From contig OX597815.1 of the NCBI GenBank assembly GCA_951406725.2, positions 136,276,001 through 136,340,000 of the forward strand: a stretch of 64,000 nucleotides of DNA. The letters run 5' to 3'. Within the stretch, counting starts at the first letter, position 1, and every line of letters begins with the position of its first letter. This document shows positions 1 to 13,364 of this stretch, piece after piece. Below the pieces are notes generated by a model. That model was given only the letters and a program-made list of their open reading frames with translations. It ran no database searches and was not told where the DNA came from. Origin of the DNA: Octopus vulgaris. Taxonomy: Eukaryota. The translations under genes were made by a program, and so were the position numbers.

Positions 1-400
1 AACCAGTTGAACATGTCCCTTAGTTGCTGACGATATGTGCATCTCTGATCACGAGCAGAAGCAGTGGGGGAGCATCATAGCCATGTGTTGAGAGGGATTC
101 TATGGGGTTTGAATAATTCATCTTTGGAAACATGGGTGTTTCGTTCAACATCCTTAAACGACCCTTATTCAGGGACCTTTCGAGCAGGATGGGTTACTCA
201 ACCTGAAGAAAATTCTAACTGGGTCCCACCTGCAAGGTCATGTGCTGTTTATCTTGATATTAGATCACCATGTCGCGCACATATGTTTGTGATGCATGTG
301 CCTGGTGTACCCTTATCAGACGGGTAGTCATATTGAGTACACTGGGCCTCGTATATTTTACCCCAGTGTCACTTTGGTGGCATGAACTGCTCTCTCACTC
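1..400 (+). mobile_element. Interspersed ~550-bp non-coding repeat, 3' part, ending in (TAA)n
   Basis: Closely matches 35999-36400. A partial third copy lies at 42225-42413. Followed by an (AAT)n run. Confidence 0.8.
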
Positions 401-711
401 AATAATAATAATAATAATAATAATAATAGAATCCGGGATTGAAAAGATAAGCACCAGGTAGGAGTCGATAAATCTGTGGTCACCGCCTATGGTTGATGAA
501 TAGCAAGTAGGATATTCCGGTTGTGCACAGTCCTGTGTGTATTTAGCGCCTAGGAGCTAGTCCAAACTACACATGACGTTCATTTTACATTGTGGGTATA
601 CTCCAGGGTATGTGACATTTCGTAAAACCCAGCAGTGTATTATAATCAAACGAATAATATCAGACGATGGATTGTTGTCAGCTCATATATGCTGACAATA
701 ATCCATCGTTT

Positions 712-747
<36 letters not shown>

Positions 748-763
748 ATGCATGCATGCATTC

Positions 764-819
<56 letters not shown>

Positions 820-2333
820 ATTACTTGTACATATATGCATATTTATATACATTTATGAATATGTATGTCTCGGGTGAAGTGTATGTGTCTATGTGTATGT
901 ATTTTAGATGAAGGAACATGTGAAGTTATTCGTAATTTGTTCGCAAACTCGCTGTTTTAGTGATGTACTTATTTAAACCATGACAGTGTATCTAGTTATA
1001 TCTAAATGAATAAAACCAGTGCTTACGTACCTCATTTTCATATCTAGCCCTAAGTAACTTGTTTTAACTATAGGACGAACGCAAATAGGTGCATTTCGCA
1101 AGGGGAAAGGTATTAAAATAGTTCAAACTAGACAAACTGTTGTCAGTTTCATTCTGCAGTGATTAAATGAGATTGAGGCAGGCAGGGAGAAAGAGATAAA
1201 GAAATAGAGAGAGTGAGAGAAAGAGAGAAGGAGATCATTGTGTAGTTACCAAAGATCTATTTACACAATAGACATGATGCTTAGTTATTATTATACATAA
1301 GAAGAAAGTTAAAGTTTAGTAATACCCGCTACCTTGATATTTTCTTATACGCATTCAATTGAATACACTGATATAAGCAAAATTTACGTGTCTAAATTTC
1401 ATGTTCTCCACAAGTAGGTCTAATTTACTTGCTGCTTTTCTTTAGGACAAACACACTTGGTAATGATGTCAGTAGTCAGTCAAATATACTCGAAATGCTT
1501 TCTTCAATATCGTCCGGTCTAAAGGATCCTATGGTTCTATCACAGACTATTTTCACTAAAATATTATATTTATTCTATGCGATGAGCCTACGGTAATTTA
1601 CTCACAATTCATCCATTTATTTACGTCTTAATATTATCAATATTTACTACACACAGTCAGTGGAAACTTTATAATGCAAATAAAATAAGTGACTGTTACT
1701 TGTAGCATTTTTCGCAAATAGCACCAAATTATTTACTCTCTCTGTCTGTCTCTCCTTCCCTCTTAGTCTCTCTCTCTCTTTCTCTTAGTTTCTGTCTATC
1801 ACACTTAATCTTCTCCCACTTCTCTTTCTCCCACTTTCTATCTGTCTCTGATGCAGGCATGTTGACATTATCGGTAAATTTCAAATAAAAGGCACAGATT
1901 CATCTCGCTGTTCTCGCGTTTGTCTTCCAGAGAAATCCTTAAAATTTAGAGCATATATTAACGGCGTGTTTGAAAGTTCGTTTCTCTACCGCTCAGAAGT
2001 AAACTTTTTCGTAATTTATCCACGCATGCGCCGACTTCATACTTTAGGTAATTAATACAGACTGCCAGTGAATATACTGATTTGGAAATGAGAAGAATCA
2101 CCGCCTTCTATGCACACCATTATTTTTACATAAGATATAAGTGCTTGATCTATGTATAAGGTGTTCACAAGTACTCAAAATTATTAAGGCGACTAAAGCC
2201 TCTTGAAATATGTCGAACTGTTTTCGAGTTCGTGATGTAAAGGGAAAGGTGCCCGAGGGGTGGCGGAAGAGAAAGGGAGCCTGCAATTCACCCCAGTCGA
2301 CGCTGTATCAGTGCGTATAACTGAAGATATTTT

Positions 2334-2605
2334 TTTACTTGTTTCAGCCATTTGACTGCGGCCATGCTGGAGCACCGCCATTAGTCGAGATATTCGATGC
2401 CAAGACTTATTCTTTGTAAGCCTAGTACTTATTCTATCGGTGTCTTTTGCCGAACTGCTAAGTTACGGGAACGTAAACACACTAGCATCGGTTATCAAGC
2501 GATGTTGCGGGACAAAGACAGACATACAGACATATATACACTCATACATATATTTATGCATATATACGACGGGCTTCTTTCAGTTTCCAACTACCAAATC
2601 AACTC
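2334..2605 (-). mobile_element. tRNA-derived SINE, 3' part (family A), interrupted by a LINE fragment
   Basis: Homologous to 38420-39080. The 5' head (revcomp GGCGCAGGGGTGGCTGTGTGGTAAGAAGCTTGC, A-box-like) resumes at about 4272-4310. Confidence 0.75.
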
Positions 2606-3711
2606 CTGTCTCCCGCCATTTCCCATGCCTCACTCATGTAGGACATGTAAGTCGTGTGAGGGCCACCCGGCCATATGCGACATTCCTCCCCAAATCCTTT
2701 AAGCCTCCCCAAATCCTTTAAGGGAGATCTTATGACCTCTACAGCTATTTGCGGAGGCCATTCGGGATCCGGTGTGAAGGGCATATCTACTGTCTCTTTA
2801 TGTTCTACTATTTTTTCCACCTCCCCGCCCTGGTAGAAAAAGATAATTAATTCATCATCTTTAACGGTGGGGGTCATTTCTTCCACCGTGGGTGAGTGGC
2901 ACAACTTCTTTCTTTTATTTTTTTCTTCCTGATTTCGGGAGAGTGGATCTCTTCCGCCTTGTCCGGAGTCTCTCCCCCACCTCCCACGGCCTTAAGGTTC
3001 TTCGGCGGGCAATCATTGTTGCCCACCTTCTTCCTTTTTAATCCTTTTTGGGTCCTCAACCACATCCACCTCTCCCTTTGACCGGGTAAGGGAGGGGACA
3101 TCCAGTGACTGTTCCAGGACCTTACCATGGTCCTGGGGCAGTTCATTGTAATGTGGACTGGCTGCAGGCACAAGTGACACTTGGTGGGGACGTCCCTCGA
3201 GTATCACCGGTTACCTGCAGCTAGCCATTTTAAAAAAATCTGGAAAAAACCATATATGTTGCGGCCGATGGGGTCCACGGGGTCAAGATCGCTTTTGACC
3301 CTTCCCAATCGACCGCCGGCAATACCCTTACATTTAAGAGCCTGGTCCCGCTATCGCCTAGTCCCCGTCGGATGGTATTTTCAATCCAATCCGAAGGTAA
3401 CCCACATACCCAGGTCTTATTAATTTCCTCCCGCAGTACGACGAGAGGAACAGAATTTCGTTACCCTCCAAGGGCTGACTCGCGAAATTGCGAGCCTTCT
3501 CCAGAGTGTCAAACAGCAACCATACGGTTGCTTGCTTGACACTGCGGGATATGTATTTCACAGAGGACAAATAGTCTTTCAGTTCATTTTCTATAACTGG
3601 TTTTGTGAAGACGGTGATGGTATCAAAAACTTTAGAATAAGTTCTGAACACCACTGTCCTCTCCTCCATATCTTTTAGCCACTGCTTCGGTGGGACAATC
3701 TCCCACACCAA
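2606..3711 (-). pseudogene. LINE ORF1 (gag-like nucleic-acid-binding protein), frameshifted
   Basis: ORF pieces 3358-3711, 3013-3207, 2874-3173 and 2599-2904 join into one frame. Contains EGRP-x-K-CHLCLQPVHITMNCP (CX2CX4HX4C) followed by a basic, low-complexity tail. Confidence 0.65.
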
Positions 3712-4262
3712 AGCAGCGACAGTTCAAGTGTCCACAAAAATAGAAATACACTAAAAAAAGAAAAAAAGTTCGACCGAAAAAAATAGACAGTAAAAAAATA
3801 AGACAAAAGAAAACAAAAAGGACAGTTCAAAAAACAAGAAAAACACGGAAGAAATAAAAATATGGTTCCAAATGGCAACTACACAATTCCGGCCACAGGT
3901 ACTCCTGGCCTTCTTCTTTGGCTGGCACACCGAGCTGGAATCTTAAATCCACAGAAGACGAATCTTCCCCACAATGGGCCACAAAAATTTTCAGTGACTG
4001 GAACAAACTTCAATTTTTGGGCGGAGATACGCCCCCAACATTTTTTCAACAAGCAAAAATCACAATAGCCGCCAAGAGCAGGCGAACTTGTCCCAGAGCT
4101 GGGCGAAATTTACTGAAAAAATTCCAAAACAATAAATCACGCCCAGCTGAAAGCAAACAAAATCACCCTACCTCGACGGACTTCTTAATTTTCAGTTTTA
4201 GGACGGGGCGCACTAGCTCATGTCCTCCTTGTTCAAGTGTTGAAGTAAGAAACACCAACATG
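2606..4262 (-). mobile_element. L1/Tx1-type LINE 5' fragment (5'UTR plus ORF1)
   Basis: GC-richer island inside a SINE, carrying a frameshifted ORF1 with a zinc knuckle. No ORF2 follows. Confidence 0.6.
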
Positions 4263-4632
4263 CATGTGCGGATAAGCAAGCTTCTTACCACACAGCCACC
4301 CCTGCGCCTATATTTTCATTAATTATATATATATATATACGTATTTATGTTTTATCTTCTGTGTGTATTCTACTGACGAGTCAGAAATCCGAATCTAGAA
4401 TTATCCAGAAATGTTTTACTAGTTTTATCTTGTCGCTTTGTTTTCTCTCCGTGCTGATATATGGACAATTTAAGTGGTTTTAAAGTCAGATCATCAGATC
4501 ATGGCTGCTATTTTCAGCATGGTGGTATCTCTTAATTTATAATCTTAATAATTATTACCTTTGAATGTTATCTTTTCCATGCTGACCACTTGATAAAATC
4601 GTTATTTTATATATTAATTAACGATCTTATCC

Positions 4633-4710
<78 letters not shown>

Positions 4711-5094
4711 CAATAACAGAGATGCAGCACAGAACTTTGTCAGTGATCAGGTCGCGGTCTCAAAGCGACGGAAATATCTTGGCAAATTAAATTTTAATGT
4801 TGAAGTGAATCTAACGATGTTAGTGTGTTTTTAAATGGCTTATAAACACATTCCACGCTGCAATTGTTCTTCTTTCAGCACACAATTTGATCTCAGATCA
4901 GGTCACTTGCTATGCAAGTACATCTCTTTCTATCCCTGAGTACTCTGGTTGTATTCAGTCTAATGAAAATAACGAAAAATACGTCGTCTGTATGACTTAA
5001 TTTGGCCGAAATTCTATATTTAAATCTTCACATCTAATGTTGTTCGTATCTTGGAGTGCAAAACCAAAAACAAATAAACAAAGAAATGAATAAA

Positions 5095-5175
5095 GGCAGG
5101 AAGGAAGGAAAGAAGGAAGGAAGGAAGGAAGGAAGGAAGGAAGGAAGGAAGGAAGGAAGGAAGGAGAGAAGGAAG
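5095..5175. repeat. (GGAA)n microsatellite
   Basis: Direct reading of the sequence. Confidence 0.95.
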
Positions 5176-5559
5176 CAGTGTCAAAATTAACGACAGCAAA
5201 TGCTAAATTGATATATGTGGAGCTCGTTCATTAATTATATCCGTCAGATAAATAGGAAAGATAACGAGAAATGTTGCACGCCACCAAACGGCGGTTACTC
5301 TCACGATGTACCTTACATGCGCACTAGCACATACACCTATTCATACACATATACACATGCACATACGCACATGCATGCACACACTAAATGAGCGCATGCA
5401 CAAATACTTCTATAAATAAAAAACACGTATATCTTCGTATATAAGTAAAAATGTGTGTACGCTGTTATATATATATGTGTGTGTATTTATATTTAATATA
5501 TGTATACTCACTGACAAGGCATACATCCACAAATGCATGAGAGCACACACAAACATAAA

Positions 5560-5591
<32 letters not shown>

Positions 5592-5776
5592 ACACAAACA
5601 TAAACACACACACACTGATGCACATCGATTTGTGTATGTGTTTATCAGATAAGTCAGTAAAAGGAGAGTTGAGGTAATGAAAGTTAAAAAAGATGTAATG
5701 CATATATACATATGTGTGTGTGTGTGTGTGTTTGCGGGTGGGTGTGTGCATGCGTCTGTGTGCGTGTGTGTTTGAG

Positions 5777-5814
<38 letters not shown>

Positions 5815-5885
5815 ATTATATATGTTTAAATATATATGTATTTATGTGTGTGTGTATATATATACACACACACACACAAACACAC

Positions 5886-5926
<41 letters not shown>

Positions 5927-6498
5927 GTGAGAAAGAAATGAGTTGGTGAGAATGAAAGTTAGAGAGAGTGGGGGGAGAGAGAGAAAAATTGGAGTGCAAT
6001 GTAACACTGAAAGGGCTAGAAAGTGAGGAACATCTGAAAGCGACAGATACGAAAAGATAAATTTGCGCCGATGAGTGAAAAATTTAGAAACAACGTAAAG
6101 CTTTGTGATAAAAGCACGTTGCTAAAATTGTAAATAGATTAAGATAATTATAAATAAGACTCGAAAGAAGACAGAAGCTGGAAGTATATACAAATATTAA
6201 TGTCTTGTTCCATAGAAATGATGGTGCAAATAATCTCCCCTAAACTCTATGTTGTATTAAGAATACTATCAAAGAAATGATGACAGTGAGTTATGTGCTG
6301 ACGTGCTTTTAAATCATATGTATTAGCTTTTACAGTACACCAGGTATGTAAGCCGGACGGTACGATGCTCGTTTAGATAAACGAGCATCAAATGGTGTAA
6401 CGAAAGAAAGATAATACAAATTCAAAATATATCGGTTTAATTGTACAACAGTTTACTGACCGAAAAAGTAGTTTCTTCTCAGTTCAAATATAAAACAG

Positions 6499-6499
<1 letters not shown>

Positions 6500-6539
<40 letters not shown>

Positions 6540-6612
6540 GACGCACACACACACACACACACACACATTCACATATTTATATAAAAACAGAGAAAGAGAC
6601 AGCCAGCCAGCC

Positions 6613-6643
<31 letters not shown>

Positions 6644-6660
6644 TAGACAGACAGACAGAC

Positions 6661-6739
<79 letters not shown>

Positions 6740-6740
6740 C
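6500..6740. repeat. Compound (CA)n/(GACA)n/(GATA)n microsatellite
   Basis: Direct reading of the sequence. Confidence 0.95.
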
Positions 6741-7003
6741 TACGTATTAAACCTCATATATATTATCTGGTTGAGACACTAAACCATATTCTCGGAGTTT
6801 TCATTTCTTTGAAGTCATGTTGAGTTTCAGGCTGAAGTAGAAAATTTTTTTTTGTTGAATGTTAGCGCTCTTCCTGATTATATGTGAAATGCTGGAAATT
6901 TATATTTGTGCGGCACATTTTCTGCCGGCCATAAGTACATCATCAAATGATGGATACTTCTCCTGAGCTTGTCTCACTTCTTCCACAATTCTCTCAAGAC
7001 CCC

Positions 7004-7053
<50 letters not shown>

Positions 7054-7260
7054 CACTTGGATAACACTGGTGGCGTGGAGAGGGGAGGCTGGTATGCATG
7101 GGCGACTGCTGGCCTTCCATAAACAACCTTGCCCGGACTTGTGTCTAGGAGGATAACTTTCTAGGTGCAATCCCATGGTCATTCATGACCGAAGGGGTTC
7201 TTTACCCTTTATATGTGTGTGCATATATACATACATATATGCACATACCTAATATATATA

Positions 7261-8442
7261 CACAGACATGCAGGAAGTAAATAGACAACTTTGATTTTCA
7301 AAATTTCTGATCTAAGCCTCTTGATATGCTTTCAGTGGTGTAGAATTTACAATGTAATTATTCTTTTTCATTCAAGGGGTCGTTATCTTAAACTTTTGCA
7401 AAGAGTAACCATGCTACGCACAAAATATTCAACAGAACTGTCAGATTTTCAAAGAGGTCATATTATTGGTCAATCTGAGGCTGGTCTTAGCCAGCGAAAA
7501 ATTGCCGAAATTTTTCATATTCCTCTTGCTACTGTTAATAGAATTATCGTGCAATTCAAAAGCCAAGGAAAAGAATCAACAGATTCTCGTCCCGGCCGAC
7601 CTGGGCTCTGAGAAAGGAAGCTTCGCTGTTTGAAGAGAATTGTGGAAAATGAACCCCGTTCAAAGGCTTCTGACATTGTAAAACCGCAAGAAGTTAGTCC
7701 AAGAACGTGTGTTATATATCTGCATAGGCTTGGGTATTATGGACGAGCAGCTAGAAGAAAAGCTCTTCTTCAACCAATTAATATCATGAAAAGAAAGAAA
7801 TGGGCTAAGGAGATGTCAGAAAAATCCAGTTTATTTTGGGATAGAATGATTTTCTCAGATTTATATTATTTTCAGACAGTGGACATGTTTGGGTTTGGAG
7901 AGTTCCCAGGGAGCTGTCACCAGCAATGGTTGTTCTGAGCTGATCGAATGTGTTGGAACAATAAACTCTGATAAATCCATCGAAATACTTAAGCAAAGAT
8001 TACTTACGATGTATTCAAACGATAATATAAGGAAAAATGAGTTTTTATTCATGGAAGATGGGGCTCCATGACACACAGCGAAAAGGAATCAACAATGGCT
8101 AACTGAAATTGGAATCAAAATGCTTCCTTGACCGAGCCAATCTCCTGACATCAACCCAATTGAAAATCTTTGGTGCATACTAGATAGCTTTATACGAAAA
8201 CCTCGACAGAAACCTCAATCTAACGATGAACTGCTTCGATTTCTGCGTGAAAAGTGGGCCGAAATTCCACAAGAGACAATCACAAACCTTATCAGTTCAA
8301 TGCCAAAAAGAGTTTCTGAATTAAAAACTGCAAAGGAAATGTGAATTAAATATTAATGCATGTACATTTCAGTTGTTCGTGTACGTATTAAATAAAAGAT
8401 TTTGAAAATTAAAGGTGTCTATTTACTTCCTGCATGTCTGTG
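7261..8442 (+). mobile_element. Tc1-family DNA transposon with both TIRs
   Basis: TIR CACAGACATGCAGGAAGTAAATAGAC at 7261 and its inverse ending at 8442, flanked by TA at both ends. Confidence 0.92.
7411..8356 (+). pseudogene. Tc1 transposase, with stops and frameshifts
   Basis: HTH region ([12 protein letters not shown]...GLSQRKIA), GRP motif, 'GYYGRAARRK', 'IFSD', 'FMEDGAP', 'PSQSPDINPIENLW' and terminal 'KY*'. Confidence 0.9.
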
Positions 8443-8550
8443 TATGTATATATATATACATGCATATATGGGTACAGGACGTCAAAAACCATGAACAAAA
8501 TGCACACACACTTATGCATACATACGTATCTAAACTTATCTATACACATA

Positions 8551-8605
<55 letters not shown>

Positions 8606-10696
8606 GTGTATGAGTGTGTGTGTGTGTGTATTGATATACATGTAGATATAGATACATATAAGTACGTATGCGCGTCTGTGTGCGTATGTGGGCTTATGTG
8701 TGCATGCGTGTGTGTTAGACTACGACAGAGAGCGAATAAGTTATATGAATACTCAAGATGAAGAAGAGGCGTTTTGTTCAAAGAACCAAGGCACACTTTA
8801 ATGAAAACTATGCATTATGTTGTACTAACAGATCAAATATCATCTGCTCACAGTCAATTTCTGTAAGCTGAAGACATAGGCATTCCTAGCTGGAAATAAT
8901 GTATGGCTATGCCAACACACAAGCGCAAATATGAACTTTTATCATTACATATTTAATATCTCGCTCGCAACTTCATAAAAGAGACAAATGATGTTTTTAT
9001 TCGTGTTTACACTATATTTAGTTGTTTGGTTTTTGTAGTAGACAGCAGGTTGCCAATGTCAAGGCAAATAAATAAATATACTGATAATTGGTTTTTATGT
9101 AATAATTAATTCATTCTCATGCACAAAAACCGGGCACTGACATACTGCAGTGGCGCCTTGTCCGCACAATCTCTCTCGAAACTTTTTGAATCGCAAAGTC
9201 CATGCACTTGTACTCTTCGTATTTCGACATGAACGGCTTCTAAATTTTAGAGGATATAAACAGTGACCGACTATTGTTATTCTTTCTGCAATCGCGCAGA
9301 GCACTGTACTTCCAAGTATGAAATATATGTCAGGAAAAATTTGACGCCTCATGACACCGTTATTTTTGTCATTGAATGGCTCTTTCAGTATTAAATTACA
9401 TCCTCTCTATCTTTCTCTCCATCTCTAACTCACTCTCTCTTACTCTCACTCTCTTTTCTCTCTATCTCTCTCTCTCTTATGGATTGAAGTTTGAGCTTTT
9501 CAAGCCGATCTCATACGGTCTATTTTTGCTGTTGGATACTTCAGAGACAATAGCAAACAGCTATATTCAACATGACGATGGGTGAATATGGAAAATAGAA
9601 AGATCGTAAATGTCTGAGAATGCAGGAGCACGCCCTGCCGGCGAAGTCATCGTTTTATATGTGGGCACACCAGATTAAGTTGTCAAGAGTTAATCTGACA
9701 TTCATAGCTGTGTTTAATGCCATTAGGTTTTTGTCCAATGAATTCCCTTGCATATACCAATATTAATATTCAGTTCTTAGTATTCAATATGTTAATACTT
9801 TAGATTAAAGCATGAGGTGAGTATAGAAGATAATATTATGCTCCACATTAACCTACAGGTATTTCTCTTATAATTTACAAAACATTAAGATGGAATGAGC
9901 AGTCTTTAATTTCTAATTACAATAATTGTTTCTGTGAATTGTTAACATATGTTAGCTGTTGTGTTTTCCTTATGTAGCATATAAATATAACGCAGCAGCT
10001 ATGCTCCCGCACGTCATCAAGTGAGTGGCATTGATAGAACTACTGGGATCACACCTAATTTCATATCGTTTTATACAATATTCTATTTTTAACATTCCCT
10101 CTATACTGAGTAGTATAGAAATTCAAGTTGACATACGCCATAAGATATCAAATAAAATAATGGGCGTTAACATCCAAAATAAAATTACAAAATAAATAGA
10201 GCAAATTAGTTAATGGATATAAAAATCAAAACTATAAACATAATTTAGACAAACCTAACTTCTGTCTTTCTTATTGTAAGCGTGCCACTTTATATGAAGA
10301 TAGATTAAAAGTCTGAGATGTCAAGATATAGACTAGAATTATTCGTTATCACTTTTAACTGTACATATTTAGTCTACAAAAGACGCAATATCGCCCTTTT
10401 AATCCAGTGGGATGCGAACTTGTCTTCCAATCCATTCGTAAAATTTAATTTCATATGTCCTGGTTTCCATCACAGTCGCTTAATCAGTCACTACATGAAG
10501 CTTTCTCACTGCAAGTGAGTTGTTCGCCTGCACCGATATACAGACATATTTTCAATCACTCGGTGTAAACACAGAAATAATTATCTTTAAATATACATAT
10601 ACATATGTGTGTGTTCTTTATTCTTTTATTCTTTTACGATTTTACGGTTTCAGTACATACCTCATATACTGTCATCGGTATACATGATTTTATACA

Positions 10697-10779
<83 letters not shown>

Positions 10780-11503
10780 CAACATATTCATATACTTACA
10801 TATACACATTTATGGTCATGTACATACAAAGAGAGATAAAAAGAAATGAAAGGAGGGAGAGAGTATTGGCTAGTAGTCAGTCAGGATAAATTGATAGAAG
10901 GAAAGAAGAGGTGAGGGTGAGAGAGAGAGAGTGAAAGATATGAGAGTGTAAAGAGATGAGAGGGTAAAGGGTAAAGATAGGGGTAGTAAAAAGCTGGAAT
11001 GAAGAATTAGGGGAAATAGGTTTGGTTACTTAGAGGACAGGTCAGAGGTTAGTAATAGAAGAATACATATATGTGAAGATATATACACATGCATACATTA
11101 AACATATACATATACATTTACATACATCAACACATGCATTTGCATACAAAACTCATGTATGTTACATGCATTCCCGTATATACACAATCATTTGTATCTA
11201 AATTTTACATATATAAAAATTCTTGCATACATAGAGACATGCATGCAGGCTTGCACATGCGTATAATTGTATGTTAATGAACATACACACACACACACAC
11301 ACATACACATAGACATATATATGTGTATGTGTGTGAGTGTGTGTGTGTGTGTGCGTGTGTGTTTGTGTGTGTGTATGTGTGTGCATCCATGTATGTATGC
11401 ATGTATTAGTCTTCAATATATTCCAAGTATCAATTCGTACTTAAAGCATTTAGTATAGCTCTCTGGCAAATTTCATTTGTATTGAAATTATGTTAGACTT
11501 AGC

Positions 11504-11582
11504 TTCCTGCTGAAGAGAGCTTCGCCAAGTGTAAATTATTTTATTTACAAAAGATTGCTTGAAACTATGCATAGTCCAGGAA
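11504..11582 (+). ncRNA. Type I hammerhead ribozyme with long stem-loop II
   Basis: TTCCTG-CTGAAGA-GAGC...GCTT-GAAA-CTATGCATAG-TC-CAGGAA. Stem I is 6 bp, stem III is palindromic and the triplet is GUC. Confidence 0.8.
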
Positions 11583-11938
11583 AAATAGGGTAAATATCTT
11601 TATCTTTCATTCCCTTTCAGAATTACAACTAGTAGTGATTTGTAGTTTAACTACTCTTTCTAGCGAGTCAGATGTCCTGTTGTGGCCATCTCTTATATGT
11701 TTAAATGTACACTGTCTTTTTAGATGAATAATATATATAGACTATTGACTATTTTTTTCTTCTCGCTAGACAACTAGTAGCAAAGAATTTTTCTAATTTT
11801 TTTTGCTACCCTAAGATTTATTAATTAATGATAAAAGGTTTTTTGGCTAATTTTGAAAAAAAATCGGCACTTGTACTTGATGCAAAACAACCGCGCGTAT
11901 ACATATATGTATACGTATTTATGTATGTATGTATATAT

Positions 11939-11978
<40 letters not shown>

Positions 11979-11984
11979 TAAAAC

Positions 11985-12732
11985 AAATTAATAAATAAAA
12001 CATATGCATATATACATACATATATGTACGTACCTACATCTACATGTATATATACATGCATATATATATATATGGGTACAGGACACTAAAAAAACACGCC
12101 GAAAACAATGAGAAACGAAAACATAAACACAAAACCAAGGAAATGGACATTTTTCTTAAACAACGAAAAAATAGAGTACAAGACATAGAACACAAGAAAA
12201 ATTTCCCTTCTTCAGTCGTCTCTGTTTCATCTACTCCGTGTTTCGAAGGTCAAGGCGCGACACGACCTCGTTGAAACATTCCTTCCCTGAGATTTTTTGC
12301 GGAGGGGTAAAAATGGTAACAAAAACAGTACAGTAAAGACAGTACAAAATATAAACAGTAAAAGACAGGACAAGGAGAATAACAGTAACACAGAGAAGGA
12401 AGGCTGTTAAGCCAAACGAGAGAAAATATTACGAACGCTTTTTTGAGAACGGCGAAGGAGGTACATACATATATAGATAGATAGATATATACATATCTAT
12501 ATGTACATGCCTACATATCTATATGTACAGATCTACATATCATATATGTACATACCTAAACATATATGTATATACACATGCATATATAGGTACAGGACGT
12601 CAAAAGAAAAAGTGAACAACATGAAACGAACTCTTTCTTTTTTCGAACAACGAAAGAAACTGTTAGAAAAACGAGACAGGCAAAATTAAGTACAATCCCT
12701 TCATCAGTTGTCCCCTGTTTTATATACTACGC

Positions 12733-12735
<3 letters not shown>
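11985..12735 (-). mobile_element. Non-autonomous PLE-type repeats (two adjacent subfamily copies) in (TA)n
   Basis: Shares the GTACAGGAC motif, AT-rich tail and HHR segment with 37015-38046 and 49680-50056. Confidence 0.65.
12204..12279 (-). ncRNA. Non-circularly permuted hammerhead ribozyme (diverged subfamily)
   Basis: Minus strand reads TGTTTCA..CGTG-TC-GCGCCTT-GA-CCTTC-GAAA-CACG..TGAAACA-GAGACGA-CTGAAGA-AGGG. Confidence 0.6.
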
Positions 12736-12771
<36 letters not shown>

Positions 12772-12774
<3 letters not shown>

Positions 12775-13047
12775 TTTCAGCTCAGAGCTGCGGCCATGCT
12801 GATGCACCACCGTTTTGCACTACACTGTTATTACCAGGAGCCTCCTCTAATTTTTGGCACTTGATGAAGAATGGAGATTGATATAGCTACCCTCATTTGC
12901 ACCTCTTGCCGTGAGGTAGGCTCATCTGGGACTCTCGACAGGAAGAGATCCAGCTTTGATTTAAAAACCGCTACATCTACTTTGTGCAAGTTCCTCAGAC
13001 TCTTTCGGAGAATATTAAAAAGCTGTGGGCCCTTGAAACCCAGGCTG
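12772..13047 (-). mobile_element. CR1/L2-group LINE 3' end
   Basis: 'GPQLFNILRKSLRNLHKVDVAVFKSKLDLFLSRVPDEP' resembles a CR1-group ORF2 C-terminus. A short 3'UTR follows. Confidence 0.75.
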
Positions 13048-13231
13048 TATACATAAATATAGCGAACAATGACATACATACATACATATATGCATAGTAT
13101 TTATGTATGCATATATATATATATCGTATGCGTGGAATGTGTATGCGTATTCGTATGTCTATATATTCATGTACTAAAGTTAATTTATAAATTCATTTCT
13201 TTTTAACATAGGTAGTTACTTTTGAGAGCTC

Positions 13232-13315
<84 letters not shown>

Positions 13316-13330
13316 GTATATATATATATG

Positions 13331-13364
<34 letters not shown>

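Noticed and set aside
20-85. CTGACGA in the (TAA)n-flanked repeat as a hammerhead core
   Set aside because: There is no properly placed GAAA or compatible stems in either copy.
4368-4425. CTGACGAG...GAAA possible hammerhead
   Set aside because: I could not form convincing stems I-III. It is at best a decayed copy.
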